DNA from: Octopus vulgaris
Taxonomy: Eukaryota
Assembly (NCBI GenBank): GCA_951406725.2
Contig: OX597814.1
Span: forward strand, 177,940,001-178,004,000
Length of the DNA: 64,000 nt
Reading direction: 5' to 3'
Shown here piece after piece: positions 54,325-64,000 of the stretch (the stretch's first letter is position 1; every line of letters starts with the position of its first letter). A program made the translations under genes and the position numbers. Under the pieces are notes generated by a model, which saw only the letters and a program-made list of their open reading frames with translations, did not search any database and was not told where the DNA came from.

Positions 54325-55619
54325 TGTTTAGAATTAACTGTGCAAATGTACATCAGCTCACACATGCAACATATAAGTATATAACATACTTTGATTTTAA
54401 AATGGCAAAATTAATCATTTTCATTTGCTTCGATAAATTTCCTACAGAGATCATAAATTCAGTTTGCTTCATAGAAGATTTGATCAGCTGCAGGGATGCG
54501 TTGATATTTGCGTCATAGAGGCCTTTAAAAGTAAATGAAGACTTCTTGACAGATTTAATCTAGTCGACAGTAATTTGATGTAGATGGATATAGCAAACTG
54601 GAAAATTGCTGCGAATTTCAAATTTACTACAGCTAAAGAATGCAGCATGACTTTAGCATAATATATGATATATATCTGTCGATACTATTAAAGAGTTAAC
54701 ACAAATACTGATGACAAATGAACCTCTGACACTTAAGGTGTTTAGATCAGAAAGATATTTTATTTTGTGCTGAGAGAGATTTAAATTACGTTTGCGGTGT
54801 ATTGGCCTGCATCTAAATAACATATATATAAATATTCTTTGGGAACAAATAGTTAACCCTCAATTCCGTGACAGTTTCTGCCACTAGCAATACTGCTTAC
54901 AGTCGTATAATATAATGCGTCATATGTCTGTTAGCATGCATCTGACACAGTTCACGGAATGAAAATATACACACCATTCCACACATCATCCTGGGATTCT
55001 TTTAACATTGTCTTTGACGGCATATCGATAGTAGATCCACTTTTGGAAACGTATGCCATTTTCCTTCCATATATCTCTTCTATGTGATCATCTGACAAGG
55101 TGACGGTCATTTGATACTTGTACTATCGTTACGATTTTAATCGGGTTGACTCGTGTTTAATATTTCTCTCTAGTAACGCTAGTAAAGCTGCTACTGATGC
55201 TATCTCCTGGAGTGCGAACGGCTTTATTTACAAATATATTCGTCAATTGCCATATTTTTCTCTCTATTTTCCAAAATGCCTACATCTGTGTTTGTAATTC
55301 TGTCTTGTATAACTTTAAAGTTTTTCGGATTCTATTGTTCTGTGTGTGTCGGTGGTGGGGATGAGATGAGGATATGTTCGTTTCTATTTTTGTAATTTCA
55401 AAATATACCGAGAAAAAATTGAATGGGATCACAATTTTGCAATCTTAGCGGTTAACAGGTAATATCGTTACCAGGAAAAAGGAGCCATATAAAACCCCAC
55501 TAAACTGTTGTTTTGAAATATACTGTACAAATACTGAAAGGCAAAATATATATATATATTTAATTTCAAGTAAGTTTCACTGACGAAACTCGGATTGCGC
55601 GAAACACGTCCACTTTTTA

Positions 55620-55896
55620 AAGATTGTTTGCCAACATAACATGGCAATCTTGGTTTAGGACTAATATTGCTGTAATTTAGCCCCAGGAGACATCGTCTCC
55701 AGCTGGCTATACGACACGATCTGTGTCGTTATATTTTCGAACAAAGGAATCTAGCACCCCCACTAAGCTGAAAACAATATCTGTGTATCGTGATTTCCGG
55801 ACAGATCGTGTCGTAGAGCCAGCTGGAGACGATGTCTCCTGGGGCCAAATTACAGTCCTAAACTAGGACTGCCATGTTATGTTGGCAAACAATCTT
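55620..55896. repeat. ~275 bp fold-back element near an (AT)n tract
   Basis: 55620-55724 pairs with 55801-55896 (aagattgtttgccaacataacatggca / tgccatgttatgttggcaaacaatctt; ccccaggagacatcgtctccagctggct / agccagctggagacgatgtctcctgggg). 76-nt loop. Confidence 0.95.
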
Positions 55897-56378
55897 ACTC
55901 CAAAGTACTGTTGCTGAATATCGTTGTGAGATTTAAAAATAGTAATTTTCTAAAATCAACAGATGTTGTCCCTGGGCCTTTTAAGAACTATCAATCTTAT
56001 CTCTTGGGATATTGACAAATTTCGAAATTTTAATTGTGTGTTTTTGACATAATCATCTCAAGTATTTGAAAGCCGCAGTCACTTAGTGACAGATTTACAT
56101 TTTCTCTTTTTTATATTTAGAAGTAAACCTCAGTTACCTAGGAATTGCTTTCGTACGGTATTCAGAGCATCATCTGTGGACATGTGTTTATAGCTTGCTT
56201 GGATCTTGGAGCTTATGTGAACTTATTTGCATATTTATCCTTTCCGAGTCATGAATCGATAATTCTTTCTCACATTATTAGAAGTAGTGATATATTACTG
56301 GGGAGACTGGAAGTCTATGCGCAAATATTGATATGTGATCAATAATTTTAACTAACTGCATATAGTATTAAATCATAT

Positions 56379-56503
56379 TACTCTTTTACTCTTTTACTTG
56401 TTTCAGTCATTTGACTGCGGCCATGCTGGATCACCGCCTTTAGTCGAGGAAATCGACCCCGGGACTTATTCTTTGTAAGCCCAGTACTTATTCTATCGGT
56501 CTC
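56379..56503 (-). mobile_element. SINE family A, 5'-truncated (tail only)
   Basis: Matches ~56778-56903 almost exactly. Confidence 0.9.
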
Positions 56504-56770
56504 CCAGATAGCAGAGCACAGCAAAAAGCAGTATATGAAATACTGGATGCTGACCATCATCAATGTTTGAATCTTTAGAAGGCGTCAATGAAGTTTGAAA
56601 AGAAAAAAAACAAAAAAAAGAAATATATCAAGCGCACAGATTTGGGTGAATAGTGTTGTTGGTTGAGTTATTAGAGAACCAGAGAAGCAACCCAGAGGTC
56701 AATGTTCTATATACTGTTAACTTCTAGGTTTACTGTAGTCATCCTGATCCACTGAATTCTTAGTATCATT

Positions 56771-57190
56771 CTCTTTACTCTCTTTTACTCTTTTACTTGT
56801 TTCAGTCATTTTGACTGCGGCCATGCTGGAGCACCGCCTTTAGTCGAGCAAATCGACCCCGGGACTTATTCTTTGTAAGCCCAGTACTTATTCTATCGGT
56901 CTCTTTTGCCGAACCGCAAAGTTACGGGGACGTAAACACATCAGCATCGGTTGTCAAGCAATACTAGGGGGACAAACACAGACACACAAACATATACACA
57001 CACACTTTTATATATATACATATATACGACAGGCTTCTTTCAGTTTCCGTCTACCAAATCCACTCACAAGGCATTGGTCGGCCCGGGGCTATAGCAGAAG
57101 ACGCTTGCCCAAGATGCCACGCAGTGGGACTGAACCCGGAACCATGTGCTTGGTTAGCAAGCTACTTACCACACAGCCACTCCTGCGCCT
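56771..57190 (-). mobile_element. SINE family A, full length
   Basis: Runs from the tail ctcttttac to the head cagccactcctgcgcc. Confidence 0.95.
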
Positions 57191-58010
57191 ATATGTGCAT
57201 TTTAAATGACATTTCAGCCCCCATCATGAACAAAATAATAACCTGTATTCTTTTTATATTGGGACTTATTTTTAAAATGGTTTTGTTGAATAAGCAGACA
57301 ATCAAACATTTCATGCAACCGGCAATATGACTCGTAAGGAGAGAATAATATATATGTCCTTCTATCTCTGTCTCTCCCTCCGCACATATATGTGTATGTG
57401 CTGAAATAAATATGTACTCATATAAGTAACAATCCTGTTGGAAATCAAAGCTGTCCATTACATGTCATTTTCTGATACGATACGATTCACTAAATTAAAG
57501 CTAAACTTTTACTGGCTGTGCAACTCAGCATTTTACAACTAGATACACAACTTAAAAATTATACATGGCGATTATTCTAGGTAATCTTGTCCACTATCCA
57601 TCCATGCATTCACCATCTATCCATCCATCCGTCCGTCCGTCCGTCTGTCCGTTTGTATGTATGTCTGTCAGTCCATCTGTCTTCCTATTTTCCTACATCA
57701 CTACCTTCCTCTCTATGTCATTACCCACTGGCCTGTATATCCGTACAGTAAATATGTTTGACTAGAAAACTAATTAAAATACCGCGCATGCGCAATCACT
57801 TTACCTGTGCCACAATGCATACCACACAACATCTAACTAGAGTAGCATATTAACACGACCATATAGAATACATAGATTTATATGGTCTCATATAATATTT
57901 AGCAAAATACAAAGACCAAAACATTACGAAATCAAAGAACTTACTGAGAAGTTTACAGCAGAGTAACAGTAAATACGTGAACCAGAGCATTTATTTTCAA
58001 AGTATAATCA

Positions 58011-58396
58011 CTACCTTTTACTTGATTCAGTCATAAGACTGAGGCCATGCTGGGGCACATCCTTCAAAAATTTTTAGTCATACGAATCGACTCCAGTACT
58101 CATTTCTTTTTAAGCCTCGTACATATTCTATCGATTGGGGACGTAAACAAACCAACATCAGTTGTCAAGCGGTAGTACGTAACAAAAGGCACACAAATAC
58201 AAATACACACATTTATACATATATACATACATAGGACCAGCTTCTTTCAGTTTGTATCGACCAAATTTCATCACAAGGCTTTGGTTGGCCCGAGGATACA
58301 GTAGAAGAAACTTGTCCAAGGTGCCACGCAGTGGGACTGAACCTAGAACTATGTGACAGGGAAGCAAACTTCTTACCACACAGCCACGCCTGCACC
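58011..58396 (-). mobile_element. SINE family A, older subfamily
   Basis: ccaaggtgccacgcagtgggactgaacc...accacacagccacgcctgcacc. Shares its tail variant with the 16789 copy. Confidence 0.88.
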
Positions 58397-58854
58397 ACAA
58401 GTCAGTAAACACAGTATTAGTTATTGAAGAATATTATTTTTTTTCTTCACCTTACATGTTTTTTCGAAAGAGATTCTGTAACTCATTAAATATGTTAACG
58501 CAAATTTGGACAGGAATTCAATAAACTCGAATTTACACCACTTGCGAGTATTGTTTAAGTTTTGATAAAAAATTATTATATAGCTATTTGGATATGTCAT
58601 CGCTTATTATCCCATGTATTACTTTAATGGAAATAAATGCATATCCTTACAAATAACATAGAATAACTGGTTACAAATCTGGATGTAAATCTATTCCATG
58701 TTCCCGCTTCTCCACACAGGGAATAAGAAAACTTTGTCTAAGTATCATGCAATAATATAATAATTTAAGTATAATTATTGTAATGTAAGAGCAAACACGT
58801 CCCTCTCTTCATCCACCCAAATATCCATCCATCTATCCATCCATCCATGTAAAT

Positions 58855-59060
58855 AAATAAATATATATATATATATACACATATATACACACATACATAT
58901 ATCTATATAAATATATATATACACATATATACACACATACATATATATAAATATATATATACACATATATACACACATACATATATATATATAAATATAT
59001 ATATACACATATATACACACATACATAAATATATATAAATATATATATATACACATATAT

Positions 59061-59092
<32 letters not shown>
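58855..59092. repeat. Compound microsatellite organised as a ~40 bp minisatellite
   Basis: The unit aatatatat(at)acacatatatacacacatacatat recurs about five times. Confidence 0.8.
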
Positions 59093-59093
<1 letters not shown>

Positions 59094-59608
59094 ATATGTA
59101 TATGCATATAAAAGAGTGTGTGTATATGTACCCCTACTGAGGGAACACACAAATGTACACACAGACACATGCATACACAAGCAAACACACACATATATAT
59201 ATGCACACGCATAAAATTTGTTATGCTTTAATAAATTTTAGATTTAAAAATATTTTTTATTGAAATATTCCTTTAATTAAAATAGGATGGAATTTAATCA
59301 TGGATAACGTAATTTTTCAGAAGATATTTTCAACGTTCTTGAAAGCAATTAACTGTTATGAAATTATGAAATAATGAAGGAGGATCAAATTAAACAAAAA
59401 CAAAAAAAAAAATATACAATAAGGAATAATGCTACGTGAAAAATTCTTGAACGGAAATTGCAAATTGGATCCTTAGAAATATTCGTTACGGAGAAAGTTT
59501 AGTTTCAGACAACTGTGAATGATAATGCATCATTGTTGTTTGTATCTCACCAAGTGGAAGACTCGCTGCTGGGTGAGACGACAAGTTTACTAAATGAAAT
59601 GAGACAAA

Positions 59609-60016
59609 GGCGCAGGAGTGACCGTGTGGTAAGTAGCTTGCTAACCAACCTCATGGTTCCGGGTTCAGTCCCACTGCGTGGCATCTTGGACAAGTGTCTT
59701 CTGCTATAGCCCCGGGCCGACCAATGTCTTGTGAGTGGATTTGGTAGACGGAAACTGAAAGAAGCCTGTCGTATATATGTATTTATATATATATGTATGT
59801 GTGTGTTTGTGTGTCTGTGTTTGTCTCCCTAGCAATGCTTGACAACCGATGCTGGTGTGTTTACGTCCCCGTCACTTAGCGGTTCAGCAAAAAGAGACCG
59901 ATAGAATAAGTACTGGGCTTACAAAGAATAAGTTCCGGGGTCGATTTGCTCGACTAAAGGCGGTGCTCCAGCATGGCCGCAGTCAAATGACTGAAACAAG
60001 TAAAAGAGTAAAGAGT
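59609..60016 (+). mobile_element. SINE family A, full length
   Basis: Runs from the ggcgcaggagtg head to the taaaagagtaaagagt tail. Confidence 0.95.
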
Positions 60017-63000
60017 GAAGGATCTCGTTCCATGCGCACCCAAACCTCCAGTTTATTTCAGTAGGTTATTGCTTTTCAGCCCCGTTTCAGTCACTTATAA
60101 TTAATGACATCCAAACCTCATCGGTATAGATTTTGTTATAAATTCTTGCACTTATTTTATTAAACACTACATTCTTAAATTTGCTTTCTTTTAATTTCTG
60201 GGCTTCGGCATAATATCTAATATGGCTGGCATCGCTAATAGAGATGGAAATGTTAGATGTTACCTCAATGAATCAATGTAAAGAGGTGCAATACTGCGAT
60301 ATAGACCAACAGTAGACGAAACTAAAGGACTCTATTTGATCAAACTAAACACCGTACAACGGAGTTTCAAGCATGTGTCCGCAAGGTTTCTTCTGACTTA
60401 TACAGGATAATTATTTGAAGGTCTGTTTGAAGCCAGCATTGGTCTGATTGGTACATGCATAAACATTCCGCCATGTACATATATTATTAACATTGTTTGA
60501 AGTCTGTGTAATTTAGATTAATCGGATTATTTTGGATAAATCAAGAAGGGTATGTAATAACTTTGATTAAAATCTGGTAAATTTGTTCGATTAGCTCCAA
60601 GAGAAACGCGAGTAAGCTCTTTTTATCAAAAAATAACCCAACCTGACCGATCTGTCAATTTGTATACAAGAATATTTGGCGTGATTCAGAATTCTATATT
60701 TAAGATCATAGCATGATTTGAGGTATATTAAACTGCTATTCTGAGCCTTACTCGTTATCAATAACATGTTTGTAATTGGTAGCAGAGAAACAAGAGATCT
60801 TACTCGAAAAGTACATTAGAAGAACTATGGAACAGTGAGCTTTAATAAGCTAATTTTGTTCCGTATATTTGAAGAAATTCACTCCTTGTTTTTCTAAGAG
60901 TTGACGAGAAGAAAATAAGTAAATTATATATTACATTAAGCAATGTAGGTATGTAAGGTGTTGTTAAAAATAATACACGAAATGCAGGTCAAAGAGAAGT
61001 GGTATATTGATTGGATTAAGCCCAGTGTAATACTGGTCTGTTTTACCAAACATAGAATGAAGGAAGGTGATGATTATCTCATAAATGGCAGGTACCAGAT
61101 TTAGATATTGCAATCCTATTTTATTCCGTCCGTTTGAACTTCACAAATTCTTTGTGTTCCAGTTTTTCATATTTGCAGCGTTTCAGTATTTTCATTAGCT
61201 CTTGGTACTCCAACTATGGTTATACATATATATTAATATATCATTAATAATTTAGAATATATGCACACCACCTGTAAGCTGCAATAAATAGCAGCCATTT
61301 TTCTATGATTTGCACTGTACTGTCTGAAAAAAGCTCACTTAAAAAATATCGTCCGATATAATATATAAAAGAGGAGTGGCCATAGCTGGAATAGATTTGC
61401 ACTTCTGTCTATATAATTCGAGTTAGTCATGAGTCAAACATCACTAGCAATCTAGTTGTAAATACCTTCATATATGGTGTATTGGGTAAATTCTTCGACT
61501 ATTCACTTGCGGATTGAACTAAAGTTATTGAAATGAAACTAGAAAAAAAATCATGAATCTCAACAACAATATCGATTAAAATTAAACAAAAGAAATGAAA
61601 TAATAAAAAAAAACGAAATAAAATATTCGATTCGCCTTTCGGATGTACTGCCTTCTGGTTTGCACTAGTTTTCACAACAGGTGTTCCTGATAGAAACTAA
61701 TCTAAACAAAATATCATCTTAAACTTTTATCTCGTATATTTCCAGTTAAGAGGCTCTCACCGAACAATATCAGAAAAATAACATCAATTTAACGATAACT
61801 TTGAAAATGCATTGTTTTTTAATATATAAAAGCGGCCGATGTTATTGACACAAACACTTATATAGAAATATATATTCATAAATTATTCATCTGTATTAAG
61901 TTTCTGATTGACCATTTCCGTTGAAAGATAATTTACTCAGCATTTTTCTCATTTGTTATTGATAGGTAGGTCACAAGTCGTTTGCATCAACTTTGTCATA
62001 AACATTAATTTATTTACACTTTTCTTGGCATAAACTTTTCGAACTGAATAATGCGAAGTATCATATTCTATTGTTTTGAAATTTGCTTATCAATATTTTT
62101 CAATATAATTGATATTATATTAAATTAACTGATTAAACAGAAAACAGACTTGAACATAGTTCAACAAGGTTATGTACAGGACATTATATGACATTTCATT
62201 GCTTTATACATTTACTTCTAAACGTGAATGATTCAAATCAACAAAGTAATTCCAATGACACAGATATCTGGTAATTTTGTAAATAGAGAATTTGTTCATT
62301 TTGATCTGAAAGCATACTACTGTGGGAAATAACTAAAAAACATTCAAAAAGTTGGATTCAGATTGTCTGAATGTAATTACTAGTATAAGCTATGTGGAAG
62401 TAAAAAGAAACTCTCCCTAAGTTTATCAAATAGTATACTACCTAAATCAAGGTGATAGCTTTATAGCCCATTGTACACTCTTTAATTCCTATAACAAATG
62501 TTAATAATTGATTCTACATAATCAGTAATTCCCTCCACTGGCTTATATATGTTTTATGTTGATGAAGATGAAATATGTTATTTACATTTTGTAAGGCTCG
62601 TTAGAATATACATATCAAATTTGTCATCCCCACTATAAAAATACTGCAGGTTTAGTCAGTAGAAATGTTTTTACTATAGTTCTAATTCTAATTTGAACTG
62701 TCGCTTATTTGATTGTCTCTGATTTAAAATGTCTGAAGAGATATAACCACCGGTAGAACAATTTCCTATTTGAAATGTCTTAAAATTTCTATAACATTTT
62801 AGAAAGCAAGGTTGAAGTGGGAGTTAAGAAATAATATTACGAACACTTCGAGATATTTTGAATAAGAAATGATTATATAGGTAAATATGAGATATGTATG
62901 TTATCCGTTTGATTTCCCCAAACCAATGAGAACTGAATTCATATTGGAAAGGCACTATAAGTTATACAAGTAGTGAATACATTAAACGAATATATTCCAA

Positions 63001-64000
63001 GCATTAAAAATAAGATTAATATTTTCACTGAAACTTTTAGGCATCAGGAAAATAATTTATAAAACTTTTAGAGTTATACGAAGCGCGAAATGAAGTGAGC
63101 AAATAGATTTCGAATCTAATTTAGAATCACTTAGTTACACTTTTGTGTGTAGTATCCAAAAATAACATATATGATATATGATATATTATTACAACTCGAA
63201 ATATACCATACTTCCATTTTTGTTTTGGGTTTCTACGTTTAAAAGTGATACGTATCATACAAATAAGCGAAAAATAATTCGATAAAAGTAAACGATACGA
63301 AATGATAAATACTGATGTTTTGCTGCAACATACTTGCTATAAGTATACTAAAATAACTATAGGTTCTATAATCGATTGTATATCGAATTACAATTTTAAA
63401 ACATTAATATAGCACAAAGGAAACGCAGAGACATGCATTATAAAGGAAAGCATATATACGAACGTAAACGCGCGATTAATGACCCGAATCTTATCTTGAT
63501 TGCTCACAAATTCAATTTTGTAAGAAGTCTAGATTAGCTTTAAGGATACTTACAAAAACAACATTATATAGATATCTTTTTACGTATATATATGTATGTA
63601 TGCAATTATGTGTGTTTGTGTGTGCATGTGTGTTGGTATATATACCTTTATGTATGTTTGCTCGCATGTGTTTGTCCAAGAGAATAAAAGCTACTGTAAA
63701 AGACTAAGAAAAACCTGAAAGAGAGAACGAAGCATAGGAGTTTTAGATTTTTGTCTACAGAATTCTTAGCAAAACCTAGAAGCAAAACAAGTAGCATAAG
63801 GTATGATAACTAACAGGGCAATACAAAATGGGGACATTAACGAATATTTAATTGATAAATTTAAAACAGAACGAATGAATAGAGAAATTATACAACAATG
63901 CTTCTTGCGAAGTAATAAATGATGTCGAAACATTGGGGCAAAAGATGATGAACCAATTTTCTTCCAAATAAAATGTGAACCCAAGTAGCAAATAACATTT

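Noticed and set aside
54540-55260. Possible minus-strand RT remnant (KSGSTID)
   Set aside because: Only a single weak motif.
60100-60850. Possible minus-strand GIY-YIG remnant (TSNNV...NQT)
   Set aside because: The key residues are absent; it would need an HMM search.

Overview
AT-rich, microsatellite-dense eukaryotic DNA with no host protein-coding gene that I can support. It reads as an intronic or intergenic repeat field. The SINE families resemble those I recall from octopus (coleoid cephalopod) genomes; this is an inference, not a database result. Almost all ORFs in the supplied track are microsatellite translations or fragments of dead transposons. Recognisable content: (1) three tRNA-derived SINE families in many copies; (2) decayed DNA transposons (mariner, an internally deleted mariner derivative, pogo/Tigger, IS630/Tc1-like, Helitron-like ends); (3) decayed non-LTR retrotransposons (R4/Dong-like with a restriction-like endonuclease, L1/Tx1-like, and a Penelope GIY-YIG domain). 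The most interesting structure is a set of short 150-300 bp islands sitting inside (AT)n tracts. Some carry minimal, dimer-type hammerhead-ribozyme cores, one with a compensatory U3:A8 pair. Two form long fold-back hairpins that share an inner motif but have unrelated, still-paired outer stems. These probably derive from Penelope-like retroelement termini. I found no prokaryotic-type system (CRISPR, operon, rRNA or real tRNA). Coordinates of decayed elements are approximate.
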